Positions 1 to 7,711 of a stretch of DNA of 28,668 bases are shown in pieces. The stretch lies in the NCBI GenBank assembly GCA_964534375.1, contig CAZHPN010000064.1:1-28668 (forward strand), read 5' to 3'. Made by a program: the position numbers and the translations under genes. The notes beneath the pieces were generated by a model, which saw only the letters and a list, made by a program, of their open reading frames with translations, made no database searches and was not told where the DNA came from. The stretch is from an uncultured bacterium (lineage in GTDB: Bacteria; Lernaellota; Lernaellaia; Lernaellales; Lernaellaceae). The stretch's first letter is position 1. Every line of letters starts with the position of its first letter.

Positions 1-1225
1 GCGCGTCGCTGCATTGCGCGCACGCCCAAAACACGTTCACGTCGTCGGGCTGGTTCGGAAAGTACTTGCTGTAGAGAATGAAGCCAAGAATCCAGGCGGA
101 ATCGACGACCGACATCGCGCCGCCGGTCCCGGACTTGTTGCCGGTCTTGGCTTCCATGAAGTCGTAAAACGTGCGGTCGCCCTTGATGGTGGGGAAGAAC
201 GAAACCCAGTTCGATTTTTCGATGTTCGAAAGAAACGCCGCCGGGTTGCCGAACTTGCGATCCTTGGCGGCGAGCTTCTCCCACAGCGTGAAGCAGCCGC
301 GGTCGAGCGTGTCGCGGTTGATCGGCGCGACCGTGTTCGTGTCGCCCACGGTCGCGTTTTGCGTCAGCGAGCCGCTGGTGAAAAACACAAGATCGTTGCG
401 GGTCAACTCGACGCGGTGATCGCCCTTCGCATTGCGCAGCGTGAGGCCCGTGACGACGGTCTCGCCCGCCTTGTCGACGAGGTCCATGTCGATGACCGTT
501 GTGCCGGTCTGGAACCGGACGCCCAGCGATTGCAGCCACACGAGCATCGGTTTGATGATCGAGTCGTACTCGTTGTATTCGGTGTGCAGGATGCCTGCAA
601 GGTGGGTGAGGCCGGGAGCATACATCATAAAGCGCGCCAGATACCGCTTTGCCTCGATGAGCGAATGGAAATCGCGAAACGCGAGCATCGTGCTCCAGCA
701 GCACCAGAAGATCGACTTGGTGAACTCCGGGCTGAACCAGTCGGCGATGGTCAAGCCTTCGAGCTTTTCCTCCGGCGTCAGGAGCAGTTCCGCCAGGCGC
801 TTATTGTCGTACAGCGACATGTAGGCGCCGGTGGAGTCATAAAGCCGCCCCTGCTTGTGCATCAGCCGAAAGTGGGAGTAGATCGGCTCCCGGACGTTCG
901 CGTAATACGTTTCGTCGAGGATCGTCATGCCCGGCGTTTGGAGCGACGGCACTTTGCCGCAAATGTACCAGAGACACTCCATCCGCGCTTCGAGTTCGCG
1001 TTCGCCGCGGCAGGTGAAGCCGTGCTCCGCGTCGCCGGCCCCGTCCATCGCGCCGCCGAGGAGCGGCAGCGACTCGTAGATCGTCACGTTGCCGGCGGGC
1101 ATATGCGCGTCGGTCACCAGGGAGATGGCCGCCGAAAGTCCGGCGATGCCGCCGCCAATGATGTGCGCGTGTTTCTTCTCGATGTCTGTCGGAGCCGGGG
1201 CGTTGATCCGGTCGTAATTTCTCAT
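1..1225 (-). CDS. ohyA: Oleate hydratase (myosin-cross-reactive antigen family), 3' end outside window
   Basis: Absent from the ORF track (no stop in window). Manual translation from ATG at 1225 (AAGGAG RBS): MRNYDRINAPAPTDIEKKHAHIIGGGIAGLSAAISLVTDAHMPAGNVTIYESLPLLGGAMDGAG...RGERELE...HTEYNEYDS. Shows the FAD GxGxxG motif and RGGREM-like and YNQY-like motifs of MCRA proteins. Confidence 0.9.
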   Translation of the reverse strand, partial: MRNYDRINAPAPTDIEKKHAHIIGGGIAGLSAAISLVTDAHMPAGNVTIYESLPLLGGAMDGAGDAEHGFTCRGERELEARMECLWYICGKVPSLQTPGMTILDETYYANVREPIYSHFRLMHKQGRLYDSTGAYMSLYDNKRLAELLLTPEEKLEGLTIADWFSPEFTKSIFWCCWSTMLAFRDFHSLIEAKRYLARFMMYAPGLTHLAGILHTEYNEYDSIIKPMLVWLQSLGVRFQTGTTVIDMDLVDKAGETVVTGLTLRNAKGDHRVELTRNDLVFFTSGSLTQNATVGDTNTVAPINRDTLDRGCFTLWEKLAAKDRKFGNPAAFLSNIEKSNWVSFFPTIKGDRTFYDFMEAKTGNKSGTGGAMSVVDSAWILGFILYSKYFPNQPDDVNVFWACAQCSDA

Positions 1226-1279
1226 GGCATCTCCTTTGCCGCGCCTCAACGGCGTGGCTCTTTGGCTCGCGTGTGTAAA

Positions 1280-1308
1280 ATATTGGACACATATGTTCAT
1301 TTTGTCAA
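1280..1308 (-). promoter_or_regulatory. sigma70-type promoter of ohyA with a TetR-like operator in the spacer
   Basis: Minus strand TTGACA (1308-1303), 17 bp, CAATAT (1285-1280). Inverted repeat TGGACA-N4-TGTTCA at 1284-1299 lies between them. Confidence 0.6.
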
Positions 1309-1321
1309 GCAGTAAATGACC

Positions 1322-1350
1322 TTGCGTGTTCTGTTTTGAACAGCTACATT
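1322..1350 (+). promoter_or_regulatory. sigma70-type promoter of tetR, probably giving a leaderless transcript
   Basis: TTGCGT (1322-1327), 17 bp, TACATT (1345-1350); ATG follows 6 nt later at 1357 with no Shine-Dalgarno. Confidence 0.5.
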
Positions 1351-1356
1351 CTTCAG

Positions 1357-1968
1357 ATGACGATTGCGCAGAATCAACTGCACCAAGCGGCGTTGCGGCT
1401 CTTTGCGGAAAAAGGCGTGACGCAGGTAACCGTGAGCGATCTTGCCGAGGCGGCCGGCGTGGCGCGCGGCACGGTCTACAACAACTTCAAGAGCATTGAG
1501 TCGCTCTTTGAAGACGTGGCGACGCAACTGACCACCGAAATGAGTATGCGCATGGCCGCGATCCCGAACCAGTCAACCGATCCCGCGCGGCGGCTGGCTA
1601 ACGGCATTCGCGTTTTCGTGCGCCGCGCCCACGAGGACCCGCCGTGGGGCCGCTTCCTCGTCCGTTTCGGTTCCACCACGCCGACTCTGCGCGGGCTTCT
1701 CGAAGGGGCGCCGACGAGTGACCTGAAGTCGGGCCTCGAACTCGGCCGGTTCCATTTGCGCGCCGACCAGCTCGCGACCGCTGTCGCCGTGATGTCCGGC
1801 AGCGTGCTCGCCGCCATCATGCTCGTGCTGGAAGGTCACCGAACCTGGCGCGATGCGGGAGCCGACACGGCCGAGCTGTTTCTACGGGCGCTCGGTATTC
1901 CCCCTGACGAGGCAAGGTCTCTCGCGACGAGCGAATTGCCTCGCCTGCCAGTGGGCGGCGACGACTGA
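1357..1968 (+). CDS. TetR/AcrR family transcriptional regulator, divergent from ohyA
   Basis: N-terminal HTH: LHQAALRLFAEKGVTQVTVSDLAEAAGVARGTVYNNF. Start moved from TTG 1336 to ATG 1357. Confidence 0.9.
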   Translation: MTIAQNQLHQAALRLFAEKGVTQVTVSDLAEAAGVARGTVYNNFKSIESLFEDVATQLTTEMSMRMAAIPNQSTDPARRLANGIRVFVRRAHEDPPWGRFLVRFGSTTPTLRGLLEGAPTSDLKSGLELGRFHLRADQLATAVAVMSGSVLAAIMLVLEGHRTWRDAGADTAELFLRALGIPPDEARSLATSELPRLPVGGDD

Positions 1969-2275
1969 ACGATCGAGAAAAGCATCGTCGCCCAGCGGCC
2001 GGCCCGAACGGGCGTGCGAGCGGATCGCCTTGGTTTCGGCGCTCTCCGGCGCGTGGTCGAGAAAATCGCGCCAGTTCGGCATGAGGTCCAGCAGCGGCTG
2101 GACGCGCGCCAAAAGGTCATCGCGGCCGGCGAGGTGCGGGCTCGCGCTGCTCCAGCGGTACGTGCAACGCCGGTGCGCCTCGGCGATGCCGCGATGCAGG
2201 CTGTCGGCCTCGCCGGGAACGGCGATGCGGTGCACGTGGTTCGGCATCAACCACCGCTCTTGCGATTCGTGCCAT
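1969..2275 (-). pseudogene. Internally deleted REP-associated tyrosine transposase (RAYT, IS200-like Y1) relic
   Basis: MARIARAVV start, then a frameshift into LMPNHVH (HUH motif)...EAHRRCT joined directly to YRWSSA...GRPLGDDAFL. The HHVTQRG block and the catalytic Tyr (YVELNP-type) block are missing; the C-terminus is truncated. Confidence 0.8.
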
Positions 2276-2314
2276 GGTTCTTTGTGCGCGATTCACTGGC
2301 GCCATTCAATAGTC

Positions 2315-2338
2315 AAGTATTATGTCCCCGGAATTCCC
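2315..2338 (+). repeat. REP-like end motif adjacent to the RAYT relic
   Basis: AAGTATTATGTCCCCGGAATTCCC resembles TGTCCCCGGAATT motifs I recall beside this RAYT group; only one copy in the window. Confidence 0.45.
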
Positions 2339-2376
2339 CTTTTGTCCTCAGATATCCGGAGTAATTCACGACGCGC

Positions 2377-2396
2377 ACGGCGAATGAATTTGCCGT
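2377..2396. repeat. Imperfect palindrome (REP-like hairpin or terminator of the toxin gene)
   Basis: ACGGCGAAT-GA-ATTTGCCGT, 8 of 9 Watson-Crick pairs. Confidence 0.4.
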
Positions 2397-2421
2397 ATCG
2401 CGGGCCGGACTCAAGAAAAAT

Positions 2422-2718
2422 CTATTCTCCGAACTCTTCGTGTTGCAACAGCCGATGCCCTTCCGTGATCATCAAGATCTCAAGTGTCGATTTCTTGACC
2501 CGGTAGGCGATCCGGTAGTTTTCCTCGACGAGTTCGCGAATGTCCGCACGCCCGAGTTCGGGCACAATACGCCCGCGATTGGGCAATCGACGCAGGGATT
2601 CGGCGCGGCGTTTGAGCTTGGCGGCGAATTGACGCGCGACGCGGGGATTATCGAGCGCGATGAAACGCGAAATTGCGATGAGATCGGCCAGAGCGCGCGG
2701 AGTCCAAAAAACTTTCAT
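2422..2718 (-). CDS. Type II toxin, RelE/ParE family
   Basis: 98 aa basic protein MKVFWTPRALADL...DNP...LPNRGRIVPEL...IRELV...YRIAYRV; overlaps the antitoxin stop (ATGA). Confidence 0.9.
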   Translation of the reverse strand: MKVFWTPRALADLIAISRFIALDNPRVARQFAAKLKRRAESLRRLPNRGRIVPELGRADIRELVEENYRIAYRVKKSTLEILMITEGHRLLQHEEFGE

Positions 2719-3017
2719 CGTGTCTTGGTTTTCTTGAGCGGGCCGAACTCCTTATCGAGTTCCCGGTCCACTTCATCGGAAGACAGGATCTCGCCGGCAT
2801 CCGACTGACGCAGTCCTTCTTTCAAGCCGGCGATGAATCGCGCCCGGCCCTGGATTCGGTCATATTCCTCCGCCGGTATCACCACGCCGACCGGCGTTCC
2901 ATTTTGCGTCACCAGGATTGGTCGTTTGTCTTCTTTCACGCGGCGAAAAAACCTGGATGCTTGTTTTTTGAATTCCCCGATCGGAATGACGTCTTCCGAA
3001 ATCAATATTTCTTTCAC
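2715..3017 (-). CDS. Type II antitoxin, Phd/YefM family
   Basis: VIPIGEFKKQASRFF...PILVTQNGTPVGVVIPAEEYD. GTG at 3017 has AAGGAG 6 nt upstream, so it is preferred to ATG 3065. Confidence 0.88.
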   Translation of the reverse strand: MKEILISEDVIPIGEFKKQASRFFRRVKEDKRPILVTQNGTPVGVVIPAEEYDRIQGRARFIAGLKEGLRQSDAGEILSSDEVDRELDKEFGPLKKTKTR

Positions 3018-3048
3018 GAGCGGCTCCTTATACGAAGCTGTTTTCCGC

Positions 3049-3081
3049 TCTGAATTTAGATCCATCGCGAACCAACGTCAA
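3049..3081 (-). promoter_or_regulatory. sigma70 promoter of the TA operon with an overlapping operator palindrome
   Basis: TTGACG (3081-3076), 17 bp, TAAATT (3058-3053). Imperfect palindrome TCTGAATTTAGA (3049-3060) covers the -10. Confidence 0.65.
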
Positions 3082-3188
3082 GTGGACAGTTGCTTCGATC
3101 ACAGGAGTTCCTTGTGTTTTTCCCTCGGATATTGGCAACATTTCACTACGCGGACGGCGAACCGATACGCCTTATCGCAGGCCGGGCC

Positions 3189-3317
3189 GGCCGATCGCTG
3201 CCGAAGGTTCGCGCCTGAACCGTTCACTGTTCACCGTTAGCCGACCAGCGGCCTTTCGCTGACGGCGGTTCGCGCCGGCACTGTTCACTGTTCATTGTTC
3301 ACTGTTAGCTGACCAGC
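3189..3317. repeat. Two tandem units (61 and 68 bp) containing CTGTTCA heptamers and the comM 3' end
   Basis: Unit pattern GGCC..TCGCTG.....GGTTCGCGCC....(CTGTTCA)n CYGTTAGCYGACCAGC; the units differ in length by one heptamer. Confidence 0.75.
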
Positions 3318-4825
3318 CGGTCGAGCGTGCGGTACTGCACCGCCTCGGCGATATGGGCCGAACGCACGTGCGGCGCGCCGTCGAGATCGGCAATCGTCCG
3401 CGCGACCTTGAGCACGCGCATCAGGCCGCGCGCCGAAAGCCCCAGCTTGTCGTGCAACGTTTCCAGCAGACGATGGCCGTCGGCGTCGGGCTCGGCGAAT
3501 TGCCACGTCAGGCGGCTGGTCATGTCGCCGTTGGTCTGCGCCGACGTGCCGGCGAGACGTTCCGCCGCCAGTCGCCGGGCCGCTTCGACGCGCGTGCGCA
3601 CGACCTCGGAGTTTTCGCCGCCGCCGGCGCGCATTTCGCGGTACGGCACGGCCGGCACCTCGACGTGCAGGTCGATGCGGTCGAGCAGCGGGCCGCTGAT
3701 GCGCTGGCGATAACGCACGACGGCCTGCGGCGAGCAGGTGCACTTGTGCGTGAGGTCGCCCAGGAAGCCGCAGGGGCAGGAATTCATCGCCGCGACGAGA
3801 ATGAACCGCGCCGGAAAGCGCGCGGTGTACGCGGCGCGGCTGATGACGACCTCGCCGTCTTCCAGCGGCTGGCGCAGCATCTCGAGCGCGCGCCGTTTGA
3901 ATTCCGGCAGTTCGTCGAGGAACAGCACGCCGTTGTGCGCCAGGCTGACCTGCCCCGGCCGCGGGGACGCGCCGCCGCCGATCAGCCCGACGTCGCTGGC
4001 GACGTGGTGCGGGTTGCAGAACGGCCGCTCGACCAGCAGGCCATGGCCGTTGAGCTTGCCCGCCACGCTGTACAGTTTGCTCGTCTCCATGATTTCCAGC
4101 GTATTCATCGGCGGCAGCAGCGTCGGCACGCGGCGGGCCAGCATCGTTTTGCCGGAGCCGGGGGGCCCGATGAGCAGGATGTTGTGCGCGCCGGCCGCCG
4201 CGATCTCCAGTGCGCGTTTGGCGTGCTGCTGGCCGCAGACATCGCCCAGGTCGACGTCTTCCCAATGGGCGAGCCGGCCGCGGATCGGCGTCGGCGGCGC
4301 GGGCTCGACCTTCGTTTCGCTGCGCAGCCAGGCGACGACCTCCGACAAATGATTGAAGCCGCGCGCCTCCAGGCCGTTGACCGCGGCCGCCTCCGCCACG
4401 TTTTTTGTCGGCGTGAGCAACCCTTCGAAGCCCGCATCCTTCAGATGAGAGGCGACCACCAGCGCGCCGGTCACGGGCTTGATCGACCCGTCGAGCCCCA
4501 ATTCGCCAATCATTCCGTGCGTTTTGGTGCGCAGCGTGGGCACCAACCCGTACGCCTGCATCAAGCCGATGGCGATCGGCAGGTCAAGCGCCGCGCTGTC
4601 TTTGCGCTTGTCGGCCGGGGCGAGATTGATGATCGTGCGCTTGCTTAGGCAGGAGTAGCCAGTGCTAGCCAGCGCCGAAAGCACCCGCTCTTCACTTTCG
4701 CGCACCACGCCGTCCGGCAAGCCGACGATTCGCAAGAAAGGCTGACCCCGGCCAGCGTGAACCTCGACGTTGACGGTGTACGCGTCCATCCCCAAAGTAG
4801 CGCTCGAAATAACTTGTCCCAACAT
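3305..4825 (-). CDS. comM: YifB/ComM family Mg-chelatase-like AAA+ ATPase (competence branch-migration helicase)
   Basis: IVGLPD, INLAPAD, LDLPIA, GELGLDG, Walker A GPPGSGKT, SLAHNGVLFLDELPEF, CPCG, ISGPLLDRID, LKVARTIADL. ATG 4825 with AGGAGG RBS. Confidence 0.95.
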   Translation of the reverse strand: MLGQVISSATLGMDAYTVNVEVHAGRGQPFLRIVGLPDGVVRESEERVLSALASTGYSCLSKRTIINLAPADKRKDSAALDLPIAIGLMQAYGLVPTLRTKTHGMIGELGLDGSIKPVTGALVVASHLKDAGFEGLLTPTKNVAEAAAVNGLEARGFNHLSEVVAWLRSETKVEPAPPTPIRGRLAHWEDVDLGDVCGQQHAKRALEIAAAGAHNILLIGPPGSGKTMLARRVPTLLPPMNTLEIMETSKLYSVAGKLNGHGLLVERPFCNPHHVASDVGLIGGGASPRPGQVSLAHNGVLFLDELPEFKRRALEMLRQPLEDGEVVISRAAYTARFPARFILVAAMNSCPCGFLGDLTHKCTCSPQAVVRYRQRISGPLLDRIDLHVEVPAVPYREMRAGGGENSEVVRTRVEAARRLAAERLAGTSAQTNGDMTSRLTWQFAEPDADGHRLLETLHDKLGLSARGLMRVLKVARTIADLDGAPHVRSAHIAEAVQYRTLDRLVS

Positions 4826-4849
4826 GTGCACCTCCTGCCGTTCTATAGC

Positions 4850-4864
4850 GCAAGTTCTGTGCCA
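4850..4864 (-). promoter_or_regulatory. sigma54 (RpoN) -24/-12 promoter of comM
   Basis: Minus strand TGGCAC-AGAAC-TTGC matches TGGCAC-N5-TTGC exactly, is oriented toward comM and lies about 25 bp before the ATG. Confidence 0.8.
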
Positions 4865-4892
4865 TTTTTTCAAAAATGGACAAATCCTTTAT

Positions 4893-4905
4893 TTTCAACA
4901 TGTTA
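4893..4905 (+). promoter_or_regulatory. Putative IHF site between the sigma54 promoter and the enhancer
   Basis: TTTCAACATGTTA versus WATCAANNNNTTR (one mismatch), within an AT-rich tract. Confidence 0.5.
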
Positions 4906-4936
4906 TAAAAAGTGACGTTTTTTGTCAGAACTGTCC

Positions 4937-4986
4937 GTGTTCGATTTCCGAACACGCGTGTTCGATTTTCGAACACCATCGAACAC
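4937..4986. promoter_or_regulatory. Tandem palindromes, putative enhancer-binding-protein UAS
   Basis: GTGTTCG-N5-CGAACAC at 4937-4955 and 4958-4976 (21-bp period) plus a half site TCGAACAC ending at 4986, about 110-130 bp upstream of the predicted start site. Confidence 0.65.
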
Positions 4987-5081
4987 TTGCGGACATTTTT
5001 TCGACTACGACATTCCTATTTCACTCGTTTTTGGATTGTTTTTTCATAAAACTTGGCGCCTCGATCAGATCCCGTCAAAAA

Positions 5082-6197
5082 TCACGGCGCCGGCGAGCGG
5101 TCGGGGGCTGGGTCGCGGGCACGTTGGCGCAGCAACAAGTAGGACAAAACGCCCTGCTGTTTGATCCCCGTCGGGAATAAATCGGCCGCGGCGCCCTCGC
5201 CGAAATAGATGTCGACCCGCCCCGGGCCTTTGATCGCCGCGCCCGTGTCGGCGTCGGCGGCCAGGTATTGCACGCGACGCGTTTCGGTCTGGCCGTCGGC
5301 GCGGCGGCTCGGCTCGGTAAACTCGATCAGCGCGATCAGGCCGGCGCTGTAATAATGCTTGTCGGTCGCGATCGAGCGTTTCGTCGTCAGCGGCAGGCGC
5401 GCCATGCCGCTCGGCGGCTCGTCGGCGACGCGGAAAAAGATATAGCGCGGGTTCGCGCGAAAATAGCCGGCCGCGTCCTGCGGATGACGCCGCAGGTACT
5501 CGCGCAACCCCAGATACCCGCCGGGCCGGGCCGACTCGGGCACTTGCCGCAAGATATCGGGCTCGACGGACACGTACTCGTAGCCGTTGTTGCCGTCGAA
5601 GAGCAGCGTGCGGCGCCGACCGTCGGGGTAGCTGACCAACGCGCCGCCCTGAATCTGCGCGTAATAAAATTCGACCGGGTCGTCCGTCCAGGCGACGGCC
5701 AACGCGTCGGCGTCGTACGCGCCGTCCATGATTTGCGCGCGGGTCGGCGCCGGCTGGCCGCCGGAGCGGCGGACGCGGCCGTTTTTCTCGACCAGATCGC
5801 GCGGTCGGCCGAGAATCGGCGTCTGGAACGTCGCGGTCCGCCGGTCGCTGACGCGCAGCAGCGGCGTATGATACGCGGTGAACAGCGCGTCGCGGGCGAC
5901 GGTGACGATCTCGAAGCGGCGCGCGAGTTCGCGGCCGAATTCCGGCTTGCCGTGCATTGCAAGGACGAGCCGGCGCAGTTCGCGGACCGTGGCGATGACG
6001 CGCGCCTTCGGGATCTGCCGCGCGCCGAGCTTTAATGATGCGGCGCCGATACCCTCGAGGTAGCGCTCCTGGCGGTCGAGCGCCAGCAGCAGCGACCGGG
6101 CGTCGCCGTCGTCGCGCGGCTCGCCGGCGGTTTGCGCCGCGGCGGCGGCCGCGAAAGACAGCACGACGGACAGCGTAAGCGTAACTAATGCTTTCAC
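5082..6197 (-). CDS. mltA: MltA-family lytic murein transglycosylase (3D domain)
   Basis: FTAYHTP, YAQIQGG, NPRYIFF, SIATD, DTGAAIKGPGRVDIYFGEG. A signal peptide follows GTG 6197; the ORF-track extension upstream runs through repeats. Confidence 0.88.
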   Translation of the reverse strand: MKALVTLTLSVVLSFAAAAAAQTAGEPRDDGDARSLLLALDRQERYLEGIGAASLKLGARQIPKARVIATVRELRRLVLAMHGKPEFGRELARRFEIVTVARDALFTAYHTPLLRVSDRRTATFQTPILGRPRDLVEKNGRVRRSGGQPAPTRAQIMDGAYDADALAVAWTDDPVEFYYAQIQGGALVSYPDGRRRTLLFDGNNGYEYVSVEPDILRQVPESARPGGYLGLREYLRRHPQDAAGYFRANPRYIFFRVADEPPSGMARLPLTTKRSIATDKHYYSAGLIALIEFTEPSRRADGQTETRRVQYLAADADTGAAIKGPGRVDIYFGEGAAADLFPTGIKQQGVLSYLLLRQRARDPAPDRSPAP

Positions 6198-6227
6198 GCG
6201 GGGATAATAGCGTAGATTGGGAAAGAA

Positions 6228-6311
6228 CGGGATTCGGGATTCGGGATTCGGGACTGGGGAGTGGGGATTGGGGATCGGGGCCGGAAATCCGCAATCCGCA
6301 ATCGGCAATCC
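6228..6311. repeat. Heptamer tandem array with inverted arms
   Basis: (CGGGATT)x3 CGGGACT GGGGAGT GGGGATT GGGGATC, then CGGAAAT CCGCAAT CCGCAAT CGGCAAT. Confidence 0.85.
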
Positions 6312-6375
6312 TCCTTCCGCCGTCTTTCGCCAACCGGCGGACGTGATATAGTCGGCCGGCACGGAGGAAGCGCGC

Positions 6376-6612
6376 ATGTCATTACGGATCGGGCCGGGCG
6401 AGTTGCTGGTCATCGCCATCTTGTTTTTGCTGTTCTTCGGGCCGGAGCGCTTCGGCCAGGCGGCGCGGCGCGCGGGCGAGGCCTTTCGCACGTACCGCAA
6501 GGCGCGGGAGACGATCAACCAGGTGAAGAACCCGGCCAACTGGGTGAAAGTGATCGACGTTCAGCCCGACAAGACCGAGCCGAAAAAGCCGTCCGCGGAC
6601 AAGCCAGCCTAA
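6376..6612 (+). CDS. tatA: Twin-arginine translocase TatA/TatB family subunit
   Basis: IGPGELLVIAILFLLFFGPERF transmembrane-hinge-amphipathic helix pattern, 78 aa, GGAGG RBS. Confidence 0.8.
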   Translation: MSLRIGPGELLVIAILFLLFFGPERFGQAARRAGEAFRTYRKARETINQVKNPANWVKVIDVQPDKTEPKKPSADKPA

Positions 6613-6622
6613 GGCCTCGCTG

Positions 6623-7573
6623 TTGAAATCCGCCGCGCCTCACGCCCCGCCGCCTAAGAAAAAACGCGGGAGAAAGCTGAAAAGGGCGCTGCTCGTCGTC
6701 GTCGTGCTGTACGCCGCGGCGTGGGCGTTCACCGTCTGGCTGCGCGGCGGTTTCGAGCGCCTCGGCCCGCCGATTCCGCGCGAATACACGGTCGCGCGGC
6801 AAGAGGGCTTCGACTATCTCGACGGCGGCGAGCCGCCGGACGACGTGCGCAAGCTGGATTTGCTGCTGCCGATCGGCCGGGCCGACGCGCCGGTCGTCGC
6901 CGTGCTGCACGGCGGCGCGTGGTCCGTGGGCTCGCGGCGCGATCCGCCGCCCCAGGGGCTCGCGCAGTGGCTGGCCGAGCGTGGCGCGATCGGCGCGCCG
7001 GTCGGCTACCGGCTGGTTCCCTCGGTGAAGGTCGAGGAGCAACCGGTGGACGTCGCCCGCGCGGTTTCCTGGCTGTATCGTCACGTTTCCGAATTCGGCG
7101 GCGACCCGCGGCGCATCTTCCTGCTCGGCCACAGCGCCGGCGCGCAGTTGGTTTCGCTGATCGCCTGCAACCGCCGCTACCTCGATGCGCTGAGCGTGCC
7201 CGGCCATGTCCCGGCCGGCGTCATCACGCTGGGCGGGCCGTTCGATCTGCGCGAGGGCCCCAAGGTCGCGCACCGGTTCGTCCGCCACATGACGTGGAAA
7301 GCGTTCGGCCCCGATCAAGACTTTCGCTGGACGATGTCGCCGCAGGCCTATGTGCGCCCCGGCCTGCCGCCGTTTCTGATCATCCGCGGCTACGGCGACC
7401 GCATCGTGACCGAACTGCAAACGACCGAGATGGCCGAAGCGATTCGCGCGACCGGCGGCGCCGTCGAAACCTTGACCGTCGACGGCCGGGAGCACGCCTC
7501 GGTGTTCGACCTCGCCCCCCGGCCCGGCGATCAGGCCGGGGCCGCAATTTTGGAATTCGTCAACCAGCATTGA
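6623..7573 (+). CDS. Alpha/beta hydrolase (HSL-like carboxylesterase) with N-terminal membrane anchor
   Basis: HGGAW oxyanion motif, GHSAG nucleophile elbow, GGDPRRIFL, candidate Asp (GDRIV) and His (EHAS). Start codon uncertain. Confidence 0.85.
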   Translation: MKSAAPHAPPPKKKRGRKLKRALLVVVVLYAAAWAFTVWLRGGFERLGPPIPREYTVARQEGFDYLDGGEPPDDVRKLDLLLPIGRADAPVVAVLHGGAWSVGSRRDPPPQGLAQWLAERGAIGAPVGYRLVPSVKVEEQPVDVARAVSWLYRHVSEFGGDPRRIFLLGHSAGAQLVSLIACNRRYLDALSVPGHVPAGVITLGGPFDLREGPKVAHRFVRHMTWKAFGPDQDFRWTMSPQAYVRPGLPPFLIIRGYGDRIVTELQTTEMAEAIRATGGAVETLTVDGREHASVFDLAPRPGDQAGAAILEFVNQH

Positions 7574-7711
7574 TCTCGCGGGCGATGCGGCCCCGGGAAA
7601 AGCTGAAAAAACTTGAGCGAGGCCGAGTGAACAATGCGCCAGCCGTGATTTGCATCCCTGCCGCTTTTGGCTAAGATGCCCTTTGTCACACCTATCGCGG
7701 CTGGAGGAAAG

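Noticed and set aside
4937..4986. Repeats as a mini-CRISPR array or as LexA boxes
   Set aside because: Only 2 bp separate the repeats and no cas genes are present. GAAC/GTTC spacings are N6, not the N4 (Gram-positive) or N7 direct-repeat (alphaproteobacterial) LexA patterns.
6198..6539. N-terminal extension of mltA in the ORF track (likewise extensions of hemA, cobA, the operon TetR and paralogue 2)
   Set aside because: The extensions run through repeats or neighbouring genes; internal starts with signal peptides, RBS or stop-start coupling fit better.
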